A stretch of DNA of 64,000 nucleotides from Minisyncoccia bacterium (GCA_050015515.1 JBEKBG010000003.1:6871-70870), one strand, 5' to 3'; shown: positions 10,223 to 18,924, counted from the stretch's first letter. Made by a program: numbers and translations. The notes: generated by a model not told the origin, from the letters alone.

Positions 10223-11068
10223 TCAAAGTGCTCCCGGATGCCGCACGCTCCATTGATACAAAACTACCGCGGCAGACACCGACGCGTTCAGCGATTCCGC
10301 ACGCGCGTTCATTGGGATACGCAAGCCGACGTCACAGCGCTCCATCGTTTTTTGTCGGATGCCGTCACCTTCGTTGCCGACGATGAACAGCGCCGGTGCG
10401 TCGAACTTTTCATCAGTAATATTTTGTGACCCGTTCATTACTAAACCGTACGTGCGGAATCCCATTTTCGCGAGTGAATCTACCGCCTGGTTCACATTGC
10501 CGATCAAGACGAGCGGAACGCGGAACGCCATTCCGGCGGATGTCTTTACGACGGTGCCGGTGATCGGCGCCTGGTTGTGGACGGGGAGCAGCACGCCCGC
10601 CGCGCCGAACGCGGCGGCGGAACGGATGATCGCGCCGACGTTATGCGGATCGGTGAGCTCGTCGAGTAAAACCAGCATTGTGTTTTCCGTCGGACGCAGC
10701 TCGGCGAGAAATTCTTTGAAGTCGAGGAGCAGTGATCCTGGATCGGTCACGGCGATCACGCCCTGATGCGCGGTCTCGCGGCCGACCATGTGGTCCATCT
10801 CGCGCCCTTTCAAAACGCCGGGCGTGAGGTTGAGCTTTTTTAACAGCGCGCGTAGTTCAGCATCGTTCATTTCCGGCGACAAAAAGACCTTGCGCACCGT
10901 GTGCGGCGCGTGGGCGAGCGCTTCCATGAGCGCATGCTTGCCATAGATGTAGATCTTCTCGTGCGAGCCGTGCGCGGTATATTGCTTCGGGTGCGCCCCG
11001 CGGGAAGAGCGCTGGCCGCGCGAAGGGCCCTGGGAACGAGCCGAGTGCGATGAGCGGCGTGAGCGCAT
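10223..11068 (-). CDS. rlmB: 23S rRNA 2'-O-ribose methyltransferase, SpoU/TrmH family (RlmB-like) with Arg/Ser-rich N-terminal tail
   Basis: SpoU motifs (DPHNVGAIIRSA, IVGNEGDGI, ESLNASVSAAVVLYQ); start set at ATG 11068 so it abuts rather than overlaps the downstream DoxX gene. Confidence 0.75.
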   Translation of the reverse strand: MRSRRSSHSARSQGPSRGQRSSRGAHPKQYTAHGSHEKIYIYGKHALMEALAHAPHTVRKVFLSPEMNDAELRALLKKLNLTPGVLKGREMDHMVGRETAHQGVIAVTDPGSLLLDFKEFLAELRPTENTMLVLLDELTDPHNVGAIIRSAAAFGAAGVLLPVHNQAPITGTVVKTSAGMAFRVPLVLIGNVNQAVDSLAKMGFRTYGLVMNGSQNITDEKFDAPALFIVGNEGDGIRQKTMERCDVGLRIPMNARAESLNASVSAAVVLYQWSVRHPGAL

Positions 11069-11069
11069 A

Positions 11070-11636
11070 TCAAGATGATTTAAATTCCGAGCCCGGTTTC
11101 CACGGCACGCCAAGCCAGGGGAGCAGCCACCGGTCGAGGCCGAGCCATCCGGCGTTGCGCCACGCGAGGATCAGGAATAATTCAATGAGCAACAGCAGTG
11201 GATTCACGCTGACCGTTCCGGCAAAGAGATAATTGAGATTCATGAACGCGCCGAAGAACGCGGCGATGCCGGTGAATGCGCCGAGCACCAACCCGACACC
11301 AACGGCGAGCTCGCCAAACGTGATGAGATACGAAAAAATCGTGACGTGAGGAAGTGCGACGCTATGAATGAACCATGCGTACCATGACGTCACCGCCGGA
11401 TTGGTGCCCGTCGCTTTCGCCGCTGCGGCGGAAAGGAATCCGCGGAGCGTGGTCCCTGCTTGCGGACCGATCCACATGCCACCCGTCGCTTTTCCCCATC
11501 CCGCCGTCACCCATTGGTAGCCGACGTAAAGGCGGAGCAGAAGCCATACCCATGCCACCCGCGTGTCGGCAAACAAAAATCCCGCAAGCTTCGGCTCGGG
11601 AATCACGACCGATTTGTGCGATGGGCTTTCGGACAT
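11070..11636 (-). CDS. DoxX family membrane protein
   Basis: DoxX-like TM pattern (LRLYVGYQWVTAGWGK...); start at internal ATG 11636; the ORF-track extension to 11891 runs through hairpins and up to a tRNA gene. Confidence 0.7.
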   Translation of the reverse strand: MSESPSHKSVVIPEPKLAGFLFADTRVAWVWLLLRLYVGYQWVTAGWGKATGGMWIGPQAGTTLRGFLSAAAAKATGTNPAVTSWYAWFIHSVALPHVTIFSYLITFGELAVGVGLVLGAFTGIAAFFGAFMNLNYLFAGTVSVNPLLLLIELFLILAWRNAGWLGLDRWLLPWLGVPWKPGSEFKSS

Positions 11637-11792
11637 GAAGTTATTATAACTTATTTGCGGCGGAGGGGGTGGGATTCGCCCGCGGCTCAAATGCTCGCCG
11701 TCGCTCGCATTTGGCCTGGGCACCGCCTCGCTGATTTTCTCTGCTGAGAAAATCAGCTCCGGCGTTCGAATCCGCACATTCAAACAAGCAAT

Positions 11793-11856
11793 AAAAAGAA
11801 TATCCCTTTCTGGCGAATTATTCTTATCACGAGCCAGAAAGGGATATTCTTTTTTT
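11793..11856. terminator. 21-bp perfect hairpin followed by a T-tract on both strands, downstream of tRNA-Ser
   Basis: aaaaagaatatccctttctgg ... ccagaaagggatattcttttt; further short hairpins at 11690-11760 (caaatgc/gcatttg; gctgattttctc/gagaaaatcagc). Confidence 0.5.
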
Positions 11857-11861
11857 GTTGT

Positions 11862-11949
11862 TGGCGGAGGGTGCAGGACTCGAACCTGCAAGTCCCTTAC
11901 GGGACCCCGGTTTTCAAGACCGGTGCCTTGCCATTCGGCGCAACCCTCC
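11862..11949 (-). tRNA. tRNA-Ser (anticodon TGA), type II with long variable arm, CCA encoded
   Basis: folded by hand: acceptor GGAGGGT/ACCCTCC, anticodon loop CTTGAAA, variable stem GTCCC/GGGAC, T-arm GCAGG-TTCGAGT-CCTGC. Confidence 0.9.
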
Positions 11950-11958
11950 TCTTGAACT

Positions 11959-12447
11959 TTATACCATCAACTTGTAATGTTTTCCAATCCAGCTTCTGGT
12001 TAGGTAATGCTCTTCAGAGTGGCAATTGGGGCAAATCAATTCAAGGTTACTCAACTCATTATTCTTTCTATTTCTGTCTTTATGGTGTACATTCAAAATC
12101 TCACGTTTATTATAGCCGCACCTTTCGCATTTTCCACCCCGAATTTCAATCAACCTTATTTTTAAGAGTCCCGTAGAAACGATTTTATCTTTCAATCTAC
12201 GCCCGGTATATTTTATGCCTGCCCTATTCTTATTCGCGCAACTTCTGCTGCATGTCTTTTTATTTAATCTTGCGGCGATGGGCCTTTTGCAAATTACGCA
12301 TGGATGCTCTTTGAGTATGGATTTGCCGTAACAATCCATACTACAAAAGACATTTCCTTTGTTGATCGATATTTCTTTCGGTCTCCGATATATCGGCTTC
12401 CGACAAATTTTGCATTCAATGTTTGGGTTTCTCTTGTACGTTTCCAT
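11959..12447 (-). CDS. HNH endonuclease with N-terminal zinc-finger-like Cys clusters; AT-rich
   Basis: HNH core CERCGY...LNVHHKDRNRKNNELSNLELICPNCHSEEH; CxxC pairs near N-terminus; local GC clearly lower than flanks (visual). Confidence 0.8.
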   Translation of the reverse strand: METYKRNPNIECKICRKPIYRRPKEISINKGNVFCSMDCYGKSILKEHPCVICKRPIAARLNKKTCSRSCANKNRAGIKYTGRRLKDKIVSTGLLKIRLIEIRGGKCERCGYNKREILNVHHKDRNRKNNELSNLELICPNCHSEEHYLTRSWIGKHYKLMV

Positions 12448-12510
12448 TCGCGTACTTTATCGCAACACACAATAGATTTCAAGAGAAAATTTTAGAATTT
12501 TTTAATCTTG

Positions 12511-12581
12511 TGGACCCATGGGGAATCGAACCCCAACCTCCTCCATGCCATGGAGGCGTAATACCATTTTACTATGGGCCC
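12511..12581 (-). tRNA. tRNA-Ala (anticodon GGC) with G3:U70 identity pair, no encoded CCA
   Basis: hand fold: acceptor GGGCCCA/TGGGTCC giving G3:U70, anticodon arm CCTCC-ATGGCAT-GGAGG, T-arm TGGGG-TTCGATT-CCCCA; short D-loop makes it 71 nt. Confidence 0.8.
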
Positions 12582-12626
12582 TTCGTATAACAATCTTTCG
12601 ATTGCCTGCCACTCATTCTATATATA

Positions 12627-12655
12627 TTGCAGGCATTGCGTCAATCATCTATAGT
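12627..12655 (+). promoter_or_regulatory. sigma70-like promoter for the + strand tRNA cluster
   Basis: TTGCAG-N17-TATAGT, 8 nt upstream of the tRNA-Arg 5' end. Confidence 0.5.
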
Positions 12656-12663
12656 TTGTTCAA

Positions 12664-12738
12664 CGCCCTCGTAGTTCAATGGATAGAACGGCTCACTCCT
12701 AACGAGCTGATAGAGGTTCGATTCCTCTCGGGGGCACC
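12664..12738 (+). tRNA. tRNA-Arg (anticodon CCT)
   Basis: same arm layout as E. coli argW; anticodon loop CTCCTAA; T-arm AGAGG-TTCGATT-CCTCT; 3' end ACCC. Confidence 0.85.
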
Positions 12739-12789
12739 CTTGAAATCGCGTCGCGTTTCTGCGACCATAGAGTGGCACGTATGCAAAGC

Positions 12790-12876
12790 GGTGAGGTGGC
12801 TGAGTGGTCGAAGGCGCCGCACTCGAAATGCGGTGTACCTGAAAGGGTACCGTGGGTTCAAATCCCACCCTCACCG
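12790..12876 (+). tRNA. tRNA-Ser (anticodon CGA), type II
   Basis: acceptor GGTGAGG/CCTCACC, anticodon arm CCGCA-CTCGAAA-TGCGG, long variable arm, T-arm GTGGG-TTCAAAT-CCCAC; flanked by 10-bp inverted repeat atgcaaagcg/cgctttgcat. Confidence 0.9.
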
Positions 12877-12943
12877 CTTTGCATGTGAAGGTTATTGCTT
12901 ATTGCGCAATCCCATTATTTTCGCTATATTTTCTTGTGGCGGC

Positions 12944-13016
12944 GCCACCTTAGCTCAGCTGGTAGAGCAGTGCTTTCGTAAAGCAAAGGTCCCCGGTTCG
13001 AATCCGGGAGGTGGCT
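12944..13016 (+). tRNA. tRNA-Thr (anticodon CGT)
   Basis: acceptor GCCACCT/AGGTGGC, anticodon loop TTCGTAA, T-arm CCCGG-TTCGAAT-CCGGG; G27.A43 mismatch. Confidence 0.85.
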
Positions 13017-13042
13017 CAGAAAAGTGATATAATCAAGATATC

Positions 13043-13273
13043 ATGAAACGCGAACAAATTTCTTCGCAGGACGGTCCAAGCGAGCCGCAGATTCCTCAAC
13101 AACGGAATTTTGATTTCGAGGGAGCGGCTAAGAAAGCGGCTGTGGAGGCCAAGGCGATAGAATTGCGGAAAGTGAATGATTGGACGCTACCCTACGCGCG
13201 CGCCATGGCGAGTCAGCAATTAAAAAAAGAAGAGTGGGAAGAGAAAGCTAGCCAGAAAGAGAAATCCAATTAG
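13043..13273 (+). CDS. small charged hypothetical protein (76 aa) immediately upstream of prfB
   Basis: ORF with TGATATAAT -10-like element upstream; no recognisable domain. Confidence 0.4.
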   Translation: MKREQISSQDGPSEPQIPQQRNFDFEGAAKKAAVEAKAIELRKVNDWTLPYARAMASQQLKKEEWEEKASQKEKSN

Positions 13274-13279
13274 TTTTTT

Positions 13280-14327
13280 ATGAACCGAAACGAACCACTT
13301 CAGGAACTTACAGAAGAAGCTCGCCAACTGGGCGAGCGTCTTTGACCTCGCGGCGAAACAAAAACGGATCGTGGAATTGGAAGCGGAAATGTCATCCGCT
13401 GGTTTTTGGAATGATCGGCAAAACGCCGATGCCAAGATCCGCGAGCTTGGCGAACTGAATGATGTCATTGCAAAATATGAGATCATTCGCACCGGTATCG
13501 ACGGGCTTAAGCTTCAGTTCGATGAAAATAATTTCCACGATATCAAGCGTGCATTTCGCGAGTTCGAGCTGAAACAACTTTTTACGGGCCGTTACGACAA
13601 GCAGTCGGCGGTCCTTGCGATCTATCCGGGCGCGGGAGGCGAGGATGCGGAAGACTGGGCGCGGATGCTCGGCGCGATGTACGAAGGCTACGCGCGCGAG
13701 CGCGGCTGGAAAGTGCGCGAAGTGGACGATAATCCGCGCTCGCGCGCGATTGAAATAAGCGGCGCGTACGCGTACGGCTATTTAAAGAACGAGCAGGGGG
13801 TGCACCGCCTTGTGCGTATCTCGCCGTTCAACACAAAGCACTCGCGTGAGACATCCTTTGCGCTCGTGGAGGTCGTGCCAGACCTCCCGGCACTCGACGA
13901 ATCGAAGCTGCAAATTCCGGAAGCCGACCTGCGGTTTGAGTTCTCTCGCGCCGGCGGTCCGGGCGGCCAGAACGTGAACAAAGTGGAGACCGCCGTGCGG
14001 GTAGTACATATTCCAACGGGCATCGCGATCAGTTCGCGCGCCCAGCGCTCGCAGCAGCAGAATCGCGAACAAGCGCTTAAGATCTTGAAGGCGCGGCTGT
14101 TCCAACTGATGGAGCAGGAAAAAGTGGAAGAGGTTGGTGCGTTGCGCACAAAGGTAAAGCCAGAGTGGGGGAGCCAGATCCGTTCGTATGTGTTGAATCC
14201 CTATCAAATGGTAAAGGATCACCGCACCGATGCCGAAACCTCGCGTGTAGATGACGTGCTGGCGGGAAATATCGATATGTTTATAGAAGCCATGCTTGAG
14301 CAAAAATCTCCTGAAAAAAAGGATTAA
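13280..14327 (+). CDS. prfB: peptide chain release factor 2 with programmed +1 ribosomal frameshift (frame A 13280-13342, shift at CTT TGA C 13340-13346, frame B 13344-14327)
   Basis: SPF tripeptide (RISPFN) and GGQ motif identify RF2; upstream in-frame 21-codon [24 protein letters not shown] ends at UGA within the canonical CUU UGA C slippery site. Confidence 0.88.
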
Positions 14328-14361
14328 AAAATTGTTAAAAAGTTTTTGACTTTTATCTTGT

Positions 14362-14676
14362 GTGGCCTATGATTTGTGGATGATAAAAAAACCAAAAGAG
14401 AAAAAAATAACAATCGATAAATTAGCCATTATGGTCCAGGAAGGGTTTATGGCAATGGCAAAGCAGGAAGATTTACTTGCGTTGGCCGGGCGATTGGATA
14501 AATTTGAAGAAAGCATCAATGTCCACTTCGATAAGGTAGATAAACATTTTGGCGAGATGTCTTTAGAATTGAAAGAGATTCGTAAAGAGGTTTGCGTCAA
14601 CGAGCTGAAAAATCGTGGCGACGTTGCCAGTCTCGATTTCCGCGTAAACAAGTTAGAAAAGAAAGCCGGATTCTAG
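14362..14676 (+). CDS. AT-rich coiled-coil hypothetical protein (104 aa)
   Basis: ORF only; low GC relative to flanks; no recognisable motif. Confidence 0.35.
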   Translation: MAYDLWMIKKPKEKKITIDKLAIMVQEGFMAMAKQEDLLALAGRLDKFEESINVHFDKVDKHFGEMSLELKEIRKEVCVNELKNRGDVASLDFRVNKLEKKAGF

Positions 14677-14714
14677 TGTTTGGTTCTTTTTGAAAAAATG
14701 TTATCATTAATTAC

Positions 14715-15398
14715 GTGATTGTTTTTCAAGGAGTTTCCAAACATTACACGGGCCACGGGGTCGCGCTTGAGGATGTGAGTTTTGAAATTGATCCCGGGGA
14801 ATTCGTTTCCCTTGCGGGTCGCTCAGGCGCTGGAAAGTCCACGGTTATAAAATTACTGATCGGGGAAGAAAAACCGTCCAAGGGCCGTGTTTTTTTTGGG
14901 CAGTATGAAGTGAATAAATTGCAGGATAACGAGCTGCCCGCGTTCCGCCGCCACATCGGCGTCGTGTTCCAGGATTTTCGTTTGCTTCCCACCAAAACGG
15001 CATACGAAAATGTTGCATTTGCGTTGGAAGTGGCCGGGCGGCCACAACATGAGATCGCGGAATTGGTTCCGCAGGTGCTCGATATGGTGGGGTTAGGGGA
15101 TAAGATGAAAAACTTCCCGAATGAACTTTCCGGCGGTGAACGCCAGCGCGTCGCGATCGCGCGCGCGATGATCCATCGTCCGGAGGTCGTGATCGCCGAC
15201 GAGCCGACGGGAAACCTCGACCCGTTTCACACATTTGAGATCATCAAGCTGCTCGAAAAGATCAACCAGCTCGGCACCACGGTGGTGCTCGCCACGCATG
15301 ATAAGGAGGTCATTAACAACCTCGAGAGAAGAGTGATAACATTGGATAAGGGCCGCCTCATCCGCGACGAGAAGAAAGGCAAGTACATTCTAGTATAA
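14715..15398 (+). CDS. ftsE: cell division ATP-binding protein FtsE (ABC ATPase)
   Basis: Walker A GRSGAGKST, ABC signature LSGGERQRV, Walker B VVIADEPT; followed by ftsX. Confidence 0.9.
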   Translation: MIVFQGVSKHYTGHGVALEDVSFEIDPGEFVSLAGRSGAGKSTVIKLLIGEEKPSKGRVFFGQYEVNKLQDNELPAFRRHIGVVFQDFRLLPTKTAYENVAFALEVAGRPQHEIAELVPQVLDMVGLGDKMKNFPNELSGGERQRVAIARAMIHRPEVVIADEPTGNLDPFHTFEIIKLLEKINQLGTTVVLATHDKEVINNLERRVITLDKGRLIRDEKKGKYILV

Positions 15399-15411
15399 TA
15401 AAAAAATACCA

Positions 15412-16320
15412 ATGTTCACCATTATCTCCAGAATTTTCCATTTCGGGTTCAAGAACTTCTGGCGCAACGGCTGGCTGTCCACGGCGACGATCGCTATCAT
15501 GACGCTCGCGTCCATCGGTTTTTTAGGGCTTATCATGTTTGGCGTCATCACGCACGCTGCCGCGGCGGCCATCCAAGATAAAATAGACATCAGCGTTTAT
15601 TTTAATACCAACACGTCGGAGGATGAGATCTTGAATATTCAGCAATCGCTCGAGGGGCTTTCGCAGGTGGCAAGCGTGAATTATATTTCACAGGATCAGG
15701 CGCTCGCTACGTTCCAACAAAATCATGCGAGCGACCCGACGGTCAGCCAGGCCATCAATCAACTCGACACGAATCCGCTTGAGGCGTCGCTCAATGTCAC
15801 GGCGAAGAATCCGAGCGAGTACGGCGCGATCAACGATTACCTGAGTTCGCCCGACCTTTCTCAGTATATTGACACGATCAGCTATGCGCAGAACCAGGAC
15901 GTGATCAACCGCCTTGCGGCGATAGTGCGCGATGTCTCGATTGGCGGATGGATCCTGACCGTCTTCCTCGCGCTCGTCGCGGGACTCGTCATGTTCAATA
16001 CGATCCGCCTTGCCATCTATTCCAATCGCGAGGAGATCGGCGTGATGCGCGTGGTGGGCGCGTCGAACAGCCTCGTACGCGGGCCGTTCGTGGTGGAGGG
16101 AATGCTGTGGGGACTGATCGCTGCGCTGATCAGCCTCATTGTGTTTGCCCCCGTGCTCTATTTCGTCTCTCCCTATCTGAACGAGTTCATTCCAGGGTTG
16201 AACATCTTCCGGTATTTCTACACGCACATCGTCCAGCTGTTCGTCTATGAATTATTATTCGGCGTGGTGATCGGAGGACTCTCCAGTTTCTGGGCGGTGC
16301 GCCGTTATTTGAAGAACTAG
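15412..16320 (+). CDS. ftsX: cell division permease FtsX
   Basis: FtsX topology (N-terminal TM, periplasmic domain, 3 C-terminal TMs), position after ftsE. Confidence 0.88.
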   Translation: MFTIISRIFHFGFKNFWRNGWLSTATIAIMTLASIGFLGLIMFGVITHAAAAAIQDKIDISVYFNTNTSEDEILNIQQSLEGLSQVASVNYISQDQALATFQQNHASDPTVSQAINQLDTNPLEASLNVTAKNPSEYGAINDYLSSPDLSQYIDTISYAQNQDVINRLAAIVRDVSIGGWILTVFLALVAGLVMFNTIRLAIYSNREEIGVMRVVGASNSLVRGPFVVEGMLWGLIAALISLIVFAPVLYFVSPYLNEFIPGLNIFRYFYTHIVQLFVYELLFGVVIGGLSSFWAVRRYLKN

Positions 16321-16479
16321 AGCTTATTTTAAAAATAGGTATATGAGGATTTTGAGTCGATTTCGAGCGAGGAATGCGTATCGTGACGAAGGAATAGCGG
16401 TCGCTATTGCGAGGAGCGATACGCATTCCGCAGCCGAAATCGGCCAAAAGAGTCGTATGATCTATTTTTAAAATAAGCT
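16321..16479. other. ~160-nt triple-nested palindrome filling the ftsX-CAP intergenic region (candidate terminator or structured RNA)
   Basis: outer arms agcttattttaaaaatag/ctatttttaaaataagct (18-bp perfect); inner 26-bp imperfect arms tcgatttcgagcgaggaatgcgtatcg/cgatacgcattccgcagccgaaatcg; central aatagcg-gt-cgctatt. Confidence 0.5.
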
Positions 16480-16484
16480 CTACT

Positions 16485-17471
16485 TTGAACGACATCAACC
16501 CACAAGATATGCCGCCATCGCCTCCGGTGATGGAAATACCGCCGCCGCCTTCGCCTTCGCACGACGCGCCCGCCGCGTCGCGCAAAAAAAAGGCGCGGCG
16601 ACGGCTCATCATCATCGCCGGCGTGGTGGTGGTCGCCGCCTGCGCCTTGTGGTATTTCCAGAAATCTCTTTCTCTGCCGTTACAGAGCATTGAGTCGTTC
16701 GCGAACCCTACCACTCCTGCAGCAACCAGTAGTCAGTCCGCGCAGAATTTTCTCGCGCCGACTACGTCGATACAACAGGCCACGAAGGTCGTGCCAAAGA
16801 AAACAAATGCGTTGACGGTCGCGGGCGTGATCGCCGAGACGAACGCCGCGCGCGCCGCGAATGGCGACCTGCCGCCGCTCGTGGAGAACGCGACGCTCGA
16901 CGACATCGCCACGCTGCGCCTTGACGATATGTTTACCCAGCAATATTTCGCGCACGTCGGGCCGCAAGGAGAAGGCGCAATCACTGTGGCGTCGAGCGTC
17001 GGATACGATCACCTCGCGCTTGGCGAGAATCTCGCGCTTGGCAATTATGCCGGCGACGCCGGCGTCGTCACCGCGTGGATGAACAGTCCCGGCCACCGCG
17101 CGAACATTTTGGACACGCATTACACGCAGATCGGCGTCGCCGTACGCGAAGGGATGTTTGAAGGCGACGAGACGTGGCTCGCGGTGCAGATCTTCGGCAG
17201 ACCGGCATCGGATTGCACCGCGCCGGATGCGAATATGGAAAACAGCATCAATCTTTCCGAGCAGCAGATCAGTTCCACATCCGTCGAGCTCACCGATGAC
17301 AAGGCCATCATTGATGCGATGTCCCCGCAATCCGGCCCTGCGTACAACGCACAGGTGGAGGATTACAATAATCTCGCCGCGCAATACAACACCCTTGCCG
17401 CCGAGACCAAGACCGCCATCAGTGTCTACGACGCGCAGGTGACCGCGTTCAACGCGTGTTTGGCGGAATAA
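16485..17471 (+). CDS. membrane-anchored CAP/SCP/PR-1-like (YkwD-like) domain protein
   Basis: Pro-rich N-terminus, TM helix, CAP signature SPGHRANILDTHYTQIGVAV. Confidence 0.7.
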   Translation: MNDINPQDMPPSPPVMEIPPPPSPSHDAPAASRKKKARRRLIIIAGVVVVAACALWYFQKSLSLPLQSIESFANPTTPAATSSQSAQNFLAPTTSIQQATKVVPKKTNALTVAGVIAETNAARAANGDLPPLVENATLDDIATLRLDDMFTQQYFAHVGPQGEGAITVASSVGYDHLALGENLALGNYAGDAGVVTAWMNSPGHRANILDTHYTQIGVAVREGMFEGDETWLAVQIFGRPASDCTAPDANMENSINLSEQQISSTSVELTDDKAIIDAMSPQSGPAYNAQVEDYNNLAAQYNTLAAETKTAISVYDAQVTAFNACLAE

Positions 17472-17505
17472 CTAACGGGCGTGATATAATAATGATATAA
17501 ATTTC

Positions 17506-17643
17506 ATGACAACAAAATTTCTTTCATGGAGCTTCAGCTGGCGTCGAGTATTGATCATCGTCGGCGTTGGCGCCGTTGTCCTGCTTTTCTTTGCTCTTCT
17601 CGTTACGTATCTTGCCTCCCGGGGAATGTTGACCGGTATGTAA
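17506..17643 (+). CDS. unannotated 45-aa single-TM small protein, first gene of a putative operon with the pilin-LamG gene
   Basis: ATG 17506 ... TAA 17641-17643; hydrophobic core VLIIVGVGAVVLLFFALLV; TGATATAAT -10 at 17482-17490; stop lies 5 nt before the next ATG. Confidence 0.4.
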   Translation: MTTKFLSWSFSWRRVLIIVGVGAVVLLFFALLVTYLASRGMLTGM

Positions 17644-17647
17644 CGCC

Positions 17648-18874
17648 ATGCGCAACGCTTTCACCCTCATCGAGCTCCTGGTCGTCATCGCCATCATCGC
17701 CATCCTAGCCGTCGTCGTGGTCCTCACCCTGAATCCCACAGAGCTTCTCCGTCAGAGCAGGGATGCGAACAGGGTCTCTGACATGGCAACCCTCAATTCT
17801 GCCATCAATCTCTACAATACGGATCAGTCAGGAAGCATAGGATATACTCTCGGCAATGCCTCAAGCGTGTATGTCTCTCTCACGGATACCACAAGCACCT
17901 GTGCCAATCTTGGCCTTGCCACCGCTCCTACGGGATATACCTATGCCTGTGCCTCTGCCACTTCATCACGAAATATCAACAATACCGGCTGGATCCCTAT
18001 CAATTTCTCCACTATCAGTGCAGGATCTCCCTTAGGGTCCCTTCCTGTGGATCCAACAAATGCCTCTTCCTCAGGCCTCTACTATACCTACAGTACGAAT
18101 GGCACCCAATATGAGGTCACTTCCTTATTTGAATCAGCTAAATACAAGGCACAATACGGACAGAGCCCCATGGATCCCAGCTATCCCGAGGTCAATGCCC
18201 AGGGAAACTCCTTGTCCGTTTCCCCGCTCTTCAACCCCTCTGGGCTTGTAGGATGGTGGCCGCTCACCGAAGGATCTGGATCAAGCTCCATTGACCAATC
18301 AGGCAACGGGAATAACGGGAACTGGACAGGCACCGCATCGGGCACCAATGGCACTTACTATGCCGGGGGAAGGGTGGGAAGCTGGGCGGGATACTTCAAT
18401 GGGAGCACGGATGCTGTGAATACTGTTTCTAATCCTAGTCCAACGGGCTCTTCAAGGACAGTTTGTGCATGGATAAAAACTACCACAACCTCTCGTGGGG
18501 GTATTATCGATACTCGGGGTAGTGGTAGTGGTGGGTTTTTCTTTTCGGTAAATCGTACCACTGCGGGAAATCTAACCTATGCCCATAACGGAGGAAGTGC
18601 TGTTGAGATTGCTGCTGGTGTAAATAATGGACAATGGAATTTTGTGTGTGCAGTGTACAATGTTTCTTTGGCGGCAGCTAGTCTTTATGAAAACGGAACC
18701 ATACTTGGAACAATCTCCTCTTTCACGGCAGAACTTACTACTACGTCTACGGTTCAAATAGGAGAAGATAGCACCGGCGGTGACCTATTCTCTGGTCTCA
18801 TTGATGACGTCCGCATCTACAACCGCGCGCTTTCGGCGGCGGAGATTATGGCGATATATAACGCAGAGAAGTAA
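17648..18874 (+). CDS. type IV pilin/pseudopilin-like protein fused to a LamG/concanavalin-A-like lectin domain
   Basis: class III signal/pilin N-terminus FTLIELLVVIAIIAIL; C-terminal LamG-like motif LFSGLIDDVRIYNRALSAAEI. Confidence 0.75.
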   Translation: MRNAFTLIELLVVIAIIAILAVVVVLTLNPTELLRQSRDANRVSDMATLNSAINLYNTDQSGSIGYTLGNASSVYVSLTDTTSTCANLGLATAPTGYTYACASATSSRNINNTGWIPINFSTISAGSPLGSLPVDPTNASSSGLYYTYSTNGTQYEVTSLFESAKYKAQYGQSPMDPSYPEVNAQGNSLSVSPLFNPSGLVGWWPLTEGSGSSSIDQSGNGNNGNWTGTASGTNGTYYAGGRVGSWAGYFNGSTDAVNTVSNPSPTGSSRTVCAWIKTTTTSRGGIIDTRGSGSGGFFFSVNRTTAGNLTYAHNGGSAVEIAAGVNNGQWNFVCAVYNVSLAAASLYENGTILGTISSFTAELTTTSTVQIGEDSTGGDLFSGLIDDVRIYNRALSAAEIMAIYNAEK

Positions 18875-18924
18875 TCCGGCGCGCTGGTAAAACCTCCATT
18901 ATTTTGTTATCATTGCGGTGTGTT

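Noticed and set aside
11760-11790. tRNA remnant suggested by GTTCGAATCC (T-loop-like) at 11765-11775
   Set aside because: Flanking bases cannot form a 5-bp T-stem or acceptor stem, so it is probably coincidental.
11637-11891. 5' extension of the DoxX ORF to 11891
   Set aside because: The extension runs across three hairpins, reaches to within a few nt of tRNA-Ser(TGA) (its stop at 11892-11894 would overlap the tRNA 3' end), and translates to Pro/Arg-rich junk. The internal ATG at 11636 gives a normal-length DoxX.
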